A stretch of DNA of 64,000 bases, from NCBI RefSeq assembly GCF_006345805.1, contig NW_021832974.1, positions 1-64,000 on the forward strand. The letters are read 5' to 3'. Every line of letters begins with the position of its first letter. Within the stretch, counting starts at the first letter, position 1. Source of the DNA: Octopus sinensis. Its lineage: Eukaryota. Both the position numbers and the translations under genes were made by a program. The notes beneath the pieces were generated by a model. It ran no database searches. It was given only the letters and a program-made list of their open reading frames with translations, and had not been told where the DNA came from. Shown piece by piece: positions 23,760 to 36,187 of this stretch.

Positions 23760-26620
23760 ATGTCTAGTGGATCGGGTCAACGAAGACAAGCCTGCAAGAA
23801 GAGAATGTCAGTGGCGATAGGAAGTGAGATGTACCCGGAAAGTAATAAGAAATGTAAATGTAGGCGACGTGGAGCAAGTGGATGGAGTGGGTAGGAAGGT
23901 GAAGTGTGTGTGGAGAGTGTAGTCATTCGCGTACAGGTCGTGGAGGAGTGAGGAGATGAGACTGGACATGTCCAACTACAAGACAGTGCTGCACAACCCG
24001 ACACTGAGTTACATATTTTTGGGATATGTGCTGAGAAGAGGGAGGGCGAGTGAATTGGTAAATGGTGTGCTCACTCAGCTATTCGCACTCCTCGTGGACT
24101 GTTTCACCCATTTCCAGCCTGCACACTTTCCCTACGGACTGCCCGTGCTGGCCTACCAGATCTACTCACTCTTCCTCCACGAGCACTCCCCCCTCCACAT
24201 CCTCCACAGTGAGGGGGTGGCCAGGGCACTCGACGAAGGACACCTCGAAGGCCTGTTCGACACTCCATTCGAGGACAACCTCCACTCCCTCACTCCCCAG
24301 TTGGCCATGTTCTTCCAGGAGGGTAATCACCCACTCACCTCAGATAGTGACACGTGGGACAAGTATCGGGGCACTGAGTTGACGGATGTCCAGGGACTGT
24401 TGGGCAGGTGGTGTGAGGGGGAGGGCGGAGTGGCCGTGGCCATGCACACTCTGTTCATGCTCAAGAAGGTGGGCAGGGTGGGACAGTCAGTGGGACAGTC
24501 CAAGGCCCAGTCACTGCGACCCAAACACCCGAAGTACTCGACCCTGTTGAGGAAGGGGCGGAGGACAAGTCACACGATGGTGGAGGTGGAGGTGAGTAAG
24601 GCGGTGTACTGCGGAGTGTGTGGGCGACTGATATGGGGGAATGTGCCGCAGGCGTGGGAGTGTTTGAGTGAGTGTGTGTGTGAGTGTGCAGACTGTGGAG
24701 TGTTGGTGGGGCAGAGGTGTGGGGGGCAGAAGTGCAGTTTGGGAGGGCAGTGTGGGAGACGGAAGGGGAGTGGAGTGCGTGTGGAGAGTGACTCCGACTT
24801 GGAGTACCGGGAGAACTGCCCTCGCTGGAGAGTGTGTTGGGGAGTGAGGAGTACAAGGCACTCAACTCGACCTCCCGGAAAGTGGAGAACGTGCTGAACG
24901 GTGTGTAGTGTGTATTATGTGGAGAGTTGACTCACACGGAACGGTCTCACGTGCGGACTCTAAAAGTGCTGCATGTCGTGTTCTACCGTCGACTGCAGGA
25001 GTGGGACGACCAAGTGGCTCAGTTCATATTCGCCGGACTGCCCGAACTAGTCCGAGTGCACTGTTGTCTTGTCCTCTCATTCACAGCCGCCGCCGCCCAG
25101 GAATTGAGACGAAGGAATCCAGTGGAGGACACACTCCCCAAACTGGCAGGACTGTCCACTCATCCTTAGTTCGCCCAGGTTCTCACTCCCAGTCTACAAT
25201 TTTGTTGCCACCAGAAAGAGGTGCTGAATATGCTGGCCAAACGACTCATTTCCGACCAACACTTTGCGGCCATAATATCTGTCAGCCTGCTTTCCCACCA
25301 CTGTTAGGAGGCCGAACAGAGCAGGCTATGTCGGGGACTCAAACTGAAGGATTTGCTGGTGGCCCAAATGCAGAGACTGACCAAATATCCCCTCTTTATC
25401 GACCAACTCATCAAACACTCCAAAGGGCTAACAACCATCAAGCCACTGGCCACACAACTCCTCTCCAAGATGAGCGAGCAGACCGAGAGGGCCGAGAACA
25501 AACACTTTCTCAGCCAACTCACTGTCGAGGTCAGACAGGAAGGCATCCCCACTCCCTTCCAAGTTGGTCTCCCTTTCCACTCTAGACGTGGCACGTCCTC
25601 GACAAAACACTCCTTCACAAGGGCACAGTCCGCCTTAAGCTTAGCAAAAAGAGTTACGAATGTCTCCTCCTCCTTTTCGACACCCATTTGGTCGTCCTCT
25701 TCAAAGCAGACAACTCTCGCCACGTCCTCCGAACATTTTCTGACAAGTCCGCCCTCAGTCCACACCCCATCTCCCCCGTCATCCCACTCTCACAATACCT
25801 CGTCGTCCGCATTTTCGCCGCCGGTCATTCTCATCATTCATTCTTAGATAAAAAGTGCTTCCTCGTCCTACACCAACACAAACTACAACTCCTCACTTTC
25901 CACACTCCCTCCACTCTACTCGCCAACAAATGGGTCGCCCTCATCACTCCCGCTCTCCTCGCCGCCCGCCAGGCCACCCAGGATGTCACTACTGCTCCTT
26001 CCAAGGATGCTACTCACGATACTACAATCACTACTGGGGATGATACCGCATTGACTCACGATACTACAATCACTACTGAGGATGCTACTGATATCACTCA
26101 CGATACTCCACTCACTACTGGGGATGCCCCGATCACTCCATCTGGGGATGCCACTACTGAGGATGCTACTGATATCATGCACGATACCCCATTCACTATT
26201 GAGGAACCCACTCCCTCCCAGGATACCCCAATCACTACTGAGGATGCACAACTCACTCTCTCCCAGGATGAACCCTCCCAGGATACCCCAATCACTACTG
26301 AGGATGCCCAACTCTCGCAGGATGAACTGACAGGGTCACAGGATATGACTCCTCAGGATGATGAGCTGGGTGGCACACTCACGCGACTGAGGAAAATAAA
26401 CTCATTAGTGGAGAGGTCGGCAGTGCTGATGGCGACGACTGTGTGTCACCCACTCAAAGATGTGGTGTGCCGACTGAACGACCTCCTCCAAGACATCCAG
26501 TCCAACAACCCCGATAACTCCCCACATCTGGTGGTCTCCCTCGACCAACTCACCAACCTTGTGGGGGCTGTCGAGGTGTTGACTGTCAAGGATAATTCCA
26601 GTGAGGACGATAACAATTAG
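23760..26620 (+). CDS. RhoGEF of the RhoGEF2/ARHGEF11-12 type (RGS-like, C1, DH, PH)
   Basis: ATG at 23760 splices into the 23956 frame; C1 HTMV...CGVCGRLIWG; intron 24901-24924 yields ENVLNELTHTERSHVRTLKVL; QRLTKYPL; a 1-nt deletion near 24807 is absent in copy 2. Confidence 0.88.
26000..26330 (+). repeat. Imperfect coding minisatellite (HDTTITTED/SQDTPITTED) in the RhoGEF tail
   Basis: Repeated CACGATACTACAATCACTACTG(A/G)GGATG-like and TCCCAGGATACCCCAATCACTACTGAGGATGC units, in frame. Confidence 0.8.
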
Positions 26621-26719
26621 TTATTTACAAGCATTGTGTTGAACAACTCCTAATTAGTCAATGAAACATGTCGATTGATCGTCGGGCGCGCAAGTTATAG
26701 ATTGAATTGCCGATAATTG

Positions 26720-27707
26720 ATGTTAGCAATGAGCGTTACTGGCAAACTGACTGTCGCTGCCATGATCCTGGCCGCCCTGTCCATCCTCACTGCGGGCATA
26801 TTCTTCATGTTGGACAAGTCGAGTGTGGCCACTGGTTGTCCCTTCTTGTCATGTGGCAGGACTGTACTCCAACCTCACCTCCGACCTCCAATTCGCCTAC
26901 CAGACTCCACTCACGCCCATTTCGTGGATAAACAACCAGTGGAACGCAGTGATAATCTGGCTGGCCTTCTTCCTCATCTACGGCCTCTCCACCACATTCC
27001 GGCGAATCCACGACACGACGGACTTGAAGGAGCGGGCGAGTTATTTGTACAAGCACCCCTGCAGAGGAGTGGTTCCCTATGGGGTGTACTCCTCCATTGC
27101 AGTCGTGTGTGCTCTGTCCGTGGTATATCTCTTCCTCTGGGACATGCTCTATTTCCGTGCCTCCGCCGCACTCACACTCCTCTCCGCAGTCCTCGCCCAC
27201 ATTGCCTATTTCCACATGGCCTCCCACACATTCCACGTCCAGACCGTCCTCTTCCACTGTGCCAAGGCACTCGATGTGTGGCTCCTCAGGATTCTCGGCC
27301 TCAACGGGCTTGCCTTGCTGTCCGCCTGGCTGACTTTTCTCGCACTCCTCAACCTGTCGGTGGCCATGGTGTATGGAGGAGGCTCCCTCTCCCCCCACTC
27401 CGCCGGGGAGGTGTGCGGCGGCATTTATTTGGCTTGCATTGTGGCCACTCTCCTGGCCGACCTGTTCTTCCTTGAAAAGTACACTCGCTATGCCCTCGTC
27501 CACTACATTTCCCACATGGTCTCCGGGTGTGGACTCGTTCTCTTCAGACCACATGTCTACGGGGACTTTCCACTCAGCACTCAACTCGGCATCGCCATCC
27601 TCGGGGTCGCCGGCACTGCCTTCGTCGTCAAACTCGCCTTTGCGGTGGTCAGACATTTCTCACACCCTCTCCCCACTCCCAACAAACACTTTCTCGACAT
27701 GTTCTAA
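26720..27707 (+). CDS. Multi-pass membrane protein of the TspO/tryptophan-rich-sensory-related uncharacterised family
   Basis: One 25-nt intron joins MLAMSVTG... to GLYSN; YQTPLTPISW...IYGLSTTFRR and NGLALLSAWLTFLALLNLS resemble this family's motifs; about 8 hydrophobic segments. Confidence 0.6.
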
Positions 27708-27921
27708 CATTTGATTTGTTGTGCCCTTCCCTTCTATAATAGTATAGTACGTGCAACAACTGTGTTTATACTACTGTCTTATCGGCTTATCGGGTAAGAG
27801 GATTGTCTCCTCTGTCGAAATAGTACATTGCACTGATAGAGGACAATCAATTGGATGACGAAGTTTGATCGACCTACACGCATATTCTGATTGCTCATAA
27901 GCGGAGTGGGACAGCCACACA

Positions 27922-28433
27922 ATGAGTGGAGGACAAATATGTAGAATTTGCCACATGGAGGACAGTGGGCTGATTCGTGTGTGTGAGTGCAAGGGGTCAT
28001 TGGGGTACGTCCACTCGGGTTGCCTGGAGGCGTGGGTGAGCATATCGATGAAGAAGGAGTGCGAGTTGTGCAAATACCAATTCAAAGTAAAGAAGGGAAG
28101 CATTCCCCTGCACAGAGTAATAAGCACTCCTAGTTGTAGTGGCAGTGTCTCGAACTGAGTCGGAATGAGCAGAAGCGTATCGCGGCATCGGTGACCATCC
28201 ACGTGATCGGACTCATTTCCCTTTGTTGGGCGGAAGCAATAATAATCCAGTACTTTGTGGAGGAGAGGGGCAAAGTGGACGCGTCGTGGACATTTTATGC
28301 CAAAATAACCCTGGGAGTGATGGGGATCGTGGGGGGACTCATCTTTTGCGGGATCGAGTGTTCCAAATACTGGGGACTACTCAAGCGCCTCCACCAACGG
28401 AATCGAAGGGTGACGGTCGAGGAGTATGTGTAA
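27922..28433 (+). CDS. MARCHF8: MARCH1/8-like RING-CH E3 ubiquitin ligase
   Basis: CRICH...CECKGSLGYVHSGCLEAW...CELCKYQF; intron 28117-28139; two TM helices (VTIHVIG..., WTFYAKITLGVMGIVGGLIF). Confidence 0.9.
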
Positions 28434-28515
28434 CAATAATATTATTTAATCGATGTGAACGGCGCTGTTATCAATATATAATTCGAGTTCCGCTCATTGC
28501 ACTATTCATTCCTCT

Positions 28516-29241
28516 ATGAAGAGGGGCAAGACAGGACGTCTATTCACCGACATAACCAACGTGGACATCCCCAGTTCCCCCTCAGTCAAGTCGGCAGTCC
28601 GCATTCCCAGGCGGAAGAGAGGGGATCGGATGGCCACAGTGATCAGGGGTTCCCCTCCCAAACTATCCATCAACCACAATTTCCTTACGCAGAGGACACT
28701 GCTGGACTACTTTGGTGTGCACAAGAACGTGGTGTCCCACTCTGTCGACAAACAACAGTCATTCTGTCGGAGTGTGGTGGACAAGTTGATTGGGGACTCG
28801 GGGAAGGGCGTGTTGAATGGAGGATACGACGTCTATGGCCGACTCAAGACACTTTCCACGCACACCATGGCAGGACTGGCCTCCATTCACAATCACATGG
28901 ACTGCCATATCTCCATTTTCGACTGTCGGTCAATGCCCGAGTTTGTGGGCGGCCACATCATTAATGCTATCCATGTCACTGACTCTACCTCACTCCTCTC
29001 CCTCTTCGAACATTTCCAGACCCTCCACTCCTCCTCTCCCCGCAGATTCTATCTTTTTGTATTCTACTGCGAATACTCCTCTCTTCGGGCACCCGTCCTC
29101 GCTAGGAAGTTCCTGGCCCTATCCCAGGGTCACTATGTCTTCCTCGACAACGTGTATTTGCTTGATGGGGGATACAAACTCTTTTATGAATACTACAAAG
29201 GTCTCTGCGACCCTCCCCGCTACGTCACCAACACTTCCTGA
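28516..29241 (+). CDS. CDC25: Cdc25 (rhodanese-fold) phosphatase
   Basis: IFDCRSMPEFVGGHIINAIHV, FYCEYSSLRAP (CX5R), VYLLDGGYKLFY...LCDPPRYV. Confidence 0.88.
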   Translation: MKRGKTGRLFTDITNVDIPSSPSVKSAVRIPRRKRGDRMATVIRGSPPKLSINHNFLTQRTLLDYFGVHKNVVSHSVDKQQSFCRSVVDKLIGDSGKGVLNGGYDVYGRLKTLSTHTMAGLASIHNHMDCHISIFDCRSMPEFVGGHIINAIHVTDSTSLLSLFEHFQTLHSSSPRRFYLFVFYCEYSSLRAPVLARKFLALSQGHYVFLDNVYLLDGGYKLFYEYYKGLCDPPRYVTNTS

Positions 29242-29699
29242 TTACGTGACTTACCACATTTTTAATATTCTATTAGTCTTGTTTCCGCTATCGAATTGCC
29301 CATTATGCGGATTGCTTTACTCATAAACTGATCGATATTTGATCAATATTATGTTCATTAAGGTCGACTATAATCCTTCTAATGTGATTAATACTGCGGG
29401 TTGCCGCTCTGTTCCCCAATGACTACACGAAGGACTAAGAATATTCAAGTCACGTTGAAGAGTCTCATGTGTGAGAGGACTGTCTAAGTGTGTGATTGAT
29501 TGGCCAATTAACAGAGAATGGGCACGTCGATGAACAATTAAATCAGCAGGGGAACTCAGCAACCGCCCTAGCAATGCACATAACAAAGACCTGCCATAAC
29601 AGGTTATTATCATCACTGTCTCATTCATCAGAAACGTGTGCAGCCTCTATTCTGCCTTTAGTTTGCAAGGATTGTAAATAACTTGCGCGTGTTTTTGTG

Positions 29700-30190
29700 G
29701 TTACGGCCGTCTTTTATCACTAGATTGAAGGATACCTCATCAATTGCTAGATACGTTTTCTTCAGAGTAAATGAATGCATGTACGCAGATATCCTCTCGA
29801 TGCATTCGCAGAACGAGTCACTTTCATGTTCACTAGGAATTTTGTTTCAATAATGTGTTGCCGCATTAAAGCTGTCTCACAAGATTTTTTTGCATTGTTC
29901 AAAGCTGTAATCAATGATGTTGCGATTTTACACATTCTTTACGTCTCAATAAATTTTTGAGTTTGTTTTTAATTACATATTCTTTCAAAACTTCGGGAAT
30001 CGTTGGCAAGCCCTCGACTCAACTCCTCACTAACATTAATATCAAATATTTTCCAAAAAAAATTATCGCAAGAAGACAAACTGACTTTTTCAGCGAATCT
30101 GTGTTGCTGTGCTTTGCGGAAAATGTCATTCAATATGCAGCGGGGTGTTGTTGAGCTGCCCCATCGGCTCTCGGCTATCCTTTCAGCCAC
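29700..30190 (-). mobile_element. Probable degenerate hAT transposase 3' remnant
   Basis: VTRSANASRGYLRT resembles the hAT dimerisation motif; multiple stops. Confidence 0.3.
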
Positions 30191-30299
30191 TTACCCTAGC
30201 TAGCATCTAACTTTGCTCCTTTTATCATTTTAACAATGTAAATTTAAAGGCCAAATGTTTTGTCCCGAAATTACAAATTATTTAATCCGTACTGATTAA

Positions 30300-30632
30300 C
30301 AGATATTACGCAGATGATGTTATCATCTCAGCATGACAATTACGTGTTTTTTAAAGAATAGAATGATTATTTTTATGAGCAGTAATTTAATTTACTTTGG
30401 CATTTCCTTAAACCGCCAAATAACTAACTTTATTTTTTGATGTTTCGTCTAAAATCACTATGTTTCGTCTAAAAATAACTACTTATTCCTTGAATTGAGG
30501 TGTAATAGATATTACGCCGATTACATGAAAATTATGTGTTTTAAGAATAGAATGATTATTATTTATAGCAGTAATTTAATTTACTTGGCATTGTTTTACA
30601 CTCTTAAATAATTAACTTTATTTTTTGATGTA
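30300..30632. repeat. Diverged direct repeat (about 30300-30445 vs 30508-30632)
   Basis: Shared AGATATTACGC...AAGAATAGAATGATTATT...GCAGTAATTTAATTTACTT...AACTTTATTTTTTGATGT. Confidence 0.75.
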
Positions 30633-31977
30633 TTGCTGGCCGGAATCGTCAGATAATTTTTCTCACGTTGTTGTCTTCTCACTTTCGGTTATTATTTAAG
30701 ATTTTTTTAGTTTCCCTTCTTTAATCACTGCTTTTTTTTGAGTTAAATTCTTAATTAAATATAGTAGAGGAGACTATTTTGTGCTCAAACACTATTTATG
30801 AAACTTACCTAAAAACTAAAAAATTTATAGAGAATTTTTATGATGATGTGTTTAAAAGTATAGACATCATATCTTGGGAAACTTATATGATTCCATGTAG
30901 CTTCACTACATCATGTTATTTTTTTTGCTGTGCCCATATAAACGAATTTCTTGTTTACTTCGAAATCATCAGTGATGGCACTGAGTAAATATAGAACTTG
31001 CGATGAAACCGTTGAATAATTAACTACAGGTGCAAAAGCAAATCATCCTTCATCGATTAACAGCAGATATAACGACGGCTCTTTTGTATATGAAATATCC
31101 CAGAATACATTTGTGGTCATTGATGAAAAATCGCATTTTAGATAATTGATGAATTCTGCACAATAAATAATTAAGAACTGAGTCTAAAACTTGGGTGCCA
31201 CAAGTGTTATGTTTTAGAGTTTTATAAAAAAACATGCAAGGAGAGGAGTAATAAATGTATATTGGTGAAGACAAGAGAAGGCGACTGGGAAAACGAGATG
31301 ACTATTCGTCGAACAACACATTTTTATTAGTGAATGTTACATCATGCTGGCCTCTGCTGCGACTGTCGCGATTTGCTGTGCCAGGTCATCCAGCAGTCCG
31401 TCCCCGCCTGCCCTCGCATTACTAACACTACCGAAAAGCAGGCTTTGTATCTTTCCACAATATACCACATAACCGAGAATGGATATCCTTATTATGTCAT
31501 GACGTGGGGTCCTCACAAGCCTTATATCGTTCATGTTCAGTTTGTGTAGGAGAGCTAACTAATACCAGACCACATACATATCAGTCCCGACAGTCGGTTC
31601 TCCTTGTATTTGACGACGCCACAACTCTCATATGGACCATATTCGATAATCGCTGTTCGACTCATTGCTAGGCAATAATGACTGCAATTTAATCACAAAA
31701 AATGCCACATTCCTTAGAAATAATATTACACGACCAACCAACTGAGTTCATCAAGCGTGCCTTAACGTGACTTCATAAACAATAAACAAATTCTGCCGCC
31801 ATATGTACTCGGTACAGACACCTATGAGGCGATCCCCAGAAGACGAAAGTAGGTGTTGTAAACGCATTTCCCCAGCGGGGAAGGCCGATGATTGTTGATT
31901 AATTAAAAAAAAACAAAAAGTCATGTCCTCAAATGCTTGTAGATTGATTCTCTGATTAACAATTTCCCTTCACTTTG

Positions 31978-32400
31978 CCACATTGATTGTCTTAAAATGT
32001 ACTCGCACAGCAAATTAATTTTTTTTAAATTCCTGAAACCAGGAAAGTCAGAAAAGAAAAGTCACAAAATCCAATTGTGCATGCGCTTCTTTCATCATTT
32101 TAAAGTATGTAGGGGAATCTTTATACTTCGTGTTGTTTGCTTTGTCGGAAGTATCGACATACTCATCTTTTGCTTCCACTGAAAAGATGGGTGTAAATTT
32201 AATGTACAGTCTATGAATGGCCATGTGATAAAACTCACTTAAATATTAAAAAACAACAAAAGAGGGTTGTGTATTTTCACTTCCCTGTCTCGGTGATTGA
32301 CGACACATTGATTGTCTTAAAATGTACTCCACAGCAAATTAATTTTTGAATATTCCTGAAACCGGAAAAGTCAACAAATAAAAACCACCAAATATTTGTT
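31978..32400. repeat. Diverged direct repeat (about 31978-32080 vs 32305-32400)
   Basis: Shared CACATTGATTGTCTTAAAATGTACTC(G)CACAGCAAATTAATTTTT...ATTCCTGAAACC. Confidence 0.75.
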
Positions 32401-32689
32401 TCTCTTTCGTGTCTGGGTGATTGACGACATATAATTGAGGTCACTATCGCAGAATTCTTATCTCAAAAATACAATAAAAATGTAAATGAATTGACAATAT
32501 CGGGCCTGAGGAAAAGAAGCTGCTGCAATACCGAAATTTGTTTTTCAATAACGGAAAAAATAAATTCAGCCACTCTAACTCATCCGAAAGAACCGTTAAT
32601 CACCTTGCCAGCAGGTGTGGGCGAATCCGGCTCCTGTTTGAGACGTCATAATTAAATGGTCAAATGCCTTCATCTGTATCCATGTCTCC

Positions 32690-32960
32690 AATATGGAATT
32701 AAGACGTCAAAAAATTAAGACCCATTCAGTCCAATTTGTAACCACCAACGAATTTGAGGAAATCCAAGTTGACACAACCCTTTTGACGGATAATGCTATC
32801 CCGAATTACATGCCCGAAATGTTTGTTCACGAAAAATCTAACAACAAAATAGAAGTGGGGATTAATTCACAAAATTGTCTCAAGCAGTTTGAAGTGAAAA
32901 GGTCACACAAATACGACTTGCTGCCAAATGAACTGGGCGCAATCCATTGGGCATGAGTAA
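32690..32960 (+). mobile_element. R4/Dong-like restriction-like endonuclease remnant
   Basis: NYMPEMFVHEKSNNKIEVGINSQ...KYDLLPNELG matches the R4-type 'PD...IEVGIT...KYDLLANELG' domain. Confidence 0.7.
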
Positions 32961-33289
32961 AAATCGCAAAATTCTTTAAGAACTATCTGTAAGTGCACGG
33001 AATAAAGGACGGGGTGAAGGAATATATCTAGACACTGGTTTCGCGGAAGACCCTAGAGAGCATGCTAGCCGAGACAAGGTATATTTATCGAAGAAATGGG
33101 AAGATTATAAATGATTCGGAGCATGAAAGCGCGAATAGTGGGTTTCTGGACGGTTCTTCCATAAAAAGAAAAATTTTCCGGGATTACTACTGGACGACAA
33201 ATCCATACGATTCGGTATCTGCTTGTACATCTGCCAGCAACACCCGTACCAGTGCAGGTCCAAAATTTCGTCGAACGCCTTGCAAGCCT

Positions 33290-33736
33290 TGTCGTGAGTT
33301 GTCTGAGCAAACAAAGCTACTTCCTGGGGTACCCTGAACCCCATAGTCAGTGGAATTATTATGACTCGAATTATTATGAGTGGAATTATCGATAATATTA
33401 GTGTTAGTACTACATCCGAGATATAGTCTTGACTAGACTTTTAATATTGCCTCCACCCGCCTCACGACTGCGCTGTCTCGCCTCGATTTGGTCCCTGAGT
33501 GTGATGATGTCGTCGGGAATGGTGTGGAGGAGGAAGGGGGTGTGAGGGCGTGGGATGTGAGGGGGGGAAGTGGGTGTCTCGAGGGGGACTAGAGAGTGAG
33601 TCAGTTAATCAACCAAAGTTGGTGACATGTTCGACGCACTCACTCGAAATAGTCAATTTCCTGTCAAAGAAGTACTGATAGGCACACTCGTCCACCACCA
33701 GCAGACTCACACTCCCTTCCCTCCCTTTTATCAGCT
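33290..33736 (+). repeat. Third partial copy of the convergent TALE/NHERF 3' ends, with an internal deletion
   Basis: Matches about 21940-21963 joined to about 22167-22573. Confidence 0.93.
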
Positions 33737-33769
33737 TAAAAAGAATCTACACCTTTTTGGTATCGAATA

Positions 33770-34050
33770 TCCGAACTAGGATGTCAAATATCCGAACTGA
33801 GATGTCAGACGTCATTATTGTGGTTTCTAATATCCGAACTGAGATGTCAAAGGTCATTACTGTGGTTTCTAATATCCGAACTGAGATGTCAAAGGTCATT
33901 ACTGCGGTTTCTAATATCCGAACTGAGATGTCAAAGGTCATTACTGCGGTTTCTAATATCCGAACCGAGATGTCAAACGTCATTATTGTGTTTTCTAATA
34001 TCCGAACCGAGATGTCAAACGTCATTATTGTGTTTTCTAATATCCGAACA
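33770..34050 (+). repeat. 42-bp tandem array in the left TIR (about 6 units)
   Basis: Unit GTCATTACTGTGGTTTCTAATATCCGAACTGAGATGTCAAAG; no spacers. Confidence 0.95.
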
Positions 34051-34079
34051 TGAGTGATTTATTAATCAATCTACTAAGT

Positions 34080-34885
34080 AAAGTCAACAAACTAATAAAT
34101 TCTCCCAGCGAGACGGAGGGAACAGCTGTTGCCACGCATGACAGCCAGCAGGATCCTCTGAATGAGGAAAGTAAATTCCCTAGGGTCCTTGGACCGCGAA
34201 GAACAAAGATGTCCCAGTTTCTTTAGGAAGTGAGGGTCCCGGAGCCAAAGACGCCGGAAGTCTCGACAACGATTGGCCAAAACCAAAAGTCATCCATCAA
34301 AGACTGATATTTCCGGCACTTCGAAAGCTCAGCCTTATTAGCACGAGACCCAGCAAGAGAGGCCGATTCGTTGATGAAAGACTTTGAGAAGGTATCCACA
34401 CAAGTGGAATCCCAGACCAAAGGTCTCCCAGAATAAAACGAGAACAACGTAGAGCCGTCCGGCCTTTTCCCGTCACCACGGTCGAGACCCTTAGGCTCAA
34501 GGACAGAAGGGTAGCCGGCCTTTTCGAGTGAGTCGAGAATGATTCTGTTAATCGCCGAATGGCGTGGAATACGACCCGCGCTTTTCTTGCAGGAGAGGGC
34601 ATAGATCCGCACCGGCAGGGGTGGGGACTACAGATCGGAAGTCCGAGGCGGAGGCAAATGCCAAAACGGAGGGCGTCGGAGTCAAGACAGGTGTCCAAAT
34701 GGGTCGAAGGAAGGCAGTTAAGCCAAGAGCCAGAATGCGGTTGGCGGCTGGCACGGTAACAAGCCAGTCTGTGCTGGTTCAGGAGAGCCTCCAACGAGTC
34801 CGCATGATGCTTACTAAGAATTTTATCCCATTCACGTTGGAGGGACCTGTCAGAAGGAACTCAAGCCCTTTTTCCTTCCAAAGCA
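34080..34885 (-). mobile_element. CRE-clade retrotransposon 3' fragment nested in the Tc1 element
   Basis: HSGSWLNCLPS...LRLGLPIC.PHPCRCG, HSAINRII...EPKGLDRGDGKRPDG...LVWDSTCVDT (zinc knuckle plus RLE endonuclease). Confidence 0.88.
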
Positions 34886-36187
34886 AAAGTGCAGAATTAA
34901 TATCAGAGTCCGAACTGTTATGTCAAATGTCCGTTCCTATATTTTCTGCACAATAGTGAAAAAATAATATTTATTAATGAAATCAATGTTAAGTTGCTAA
35001 ATATTGTCATCGGGGATTAAATCGTTCATCTCGATAATACTTGGAAAATGTTTCTGCACATGATTGCATGTTAGTGAGCAAATTCTTGGTGTTATTGCAG
35101 AAATACAAGTGTCTATGCAATTTTCTAAAATTCGTAGCCTGGTTTCTTTTTGGGTGAGTCCATTTTCTGAAATTAAAAAATCAGTGGTCGCCATTTTTCT
35201 TTTTAGTTCACTCTTAAGCACGCTCCAGCATTCCTCTATTGGATTTAATGGCGCACTGTAAGGTCCCAATCTTATAATTTCAATATCTCGAAATTCTTCT
35301 CCAATCATTTTCTCTAACTGTGAATGTACCGGTGCGTTGTCTATCACAATACAAATTTCTGAATATTTTTCATTTGTACTTCTGATCATATCTCTGAACC
35401 ATTGCTGGCAATCCTCTTTTTTAAAATGTCCGCGTCTTCGTTCCCAATATATTAATTTGTTCTCATTAATGGCTCCAATTATGTGAATATTTTGTCCCTT
35501 GTTTGCTGGAGTCTTTAAAATGCATCTTTTCCCTTTTAACGAACGTCCCTTCGAAAATCAACATTAATAAATTATACTTGAGTTCTTCTTAAAAATAAGT
35601 TTACATTAGTTTCGTCCATATAAATTATATTTTTGTCTCGACTTTTTCTATTTATTATTTTTTCGACATATTCTTTCCTTTTCGTCTTGTTTGCTTCTGA
35701 ATTCATTAAATTGGTTTCAGTTATAACCTTGCCTTTACCAATATAAAAATACTTTTTTAACTGTATATAATTTTCCATGTAAATATTTAGCAGCTGTCGA
35801 ATAATGGATAGAAATTCCAGTTTCATTAAGTAGTCTCGCACAAATTTCGCTTAGAGTGATGACAGGATTTTCCTCAACATAGTTTATCATTCTCGATATT
35901 TCATTGTCTGTGATTTTTGACCATCTGAATCCTCCACGTTTTTTATTAGGTTGTGAAGCATTTCGTATCCATTTATAAGCTGTATTTCGCTTAATCCATT
36001 CGATTCCGATTCCTGCCACAATATGCATCTGCATCTTCATTTTCATAAGCAGATATAATTCTCATTTTGGCTTCCAAATTTGTTTTATTATATGTTTTAC
36101 TAACACGAGAAGAAGTATTCATAGTTTTAGCAAAAGTATTCATTTCGAACGAACAAAAATCCATTTATATTTTTTAGATACGTAATT

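Larger units (their letters stand above)
16846..25370 (+). repeat. Segmental duplication, copy 1 (copy 2 at 55484-64000)
   Basis: Colinear near-identity at offset about 38.63 kb beginning at TGAAATGACACCCATAAGG; scattered SNPs and small indels. Confidence 0.97.

Noticed and set aside
26805-27656. 283-aa minus-strand ORF and other long antisense ORFs over GC-rich genes (e.g. 25304-25765, 44611-45105, 52943-53527)
   Set aside because: They are shadows of recognisable genes on the opposite strand; biased composition suppresses stops; no motifs.
30700-31560. Possible DNA-transposon or helicase remnant (CCAH-, EASMM-like words)
   Set aside because: Motifs are too short and inconsistent in strand and order to assign.
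31815-31865. Hairpin ACACCTA...TAGGTGT enclosing TGAG...CGAAA (hammerhead-like)
   Set aside because: The core lacks CUGANGA, and there is no stem III or cleavage triplet.
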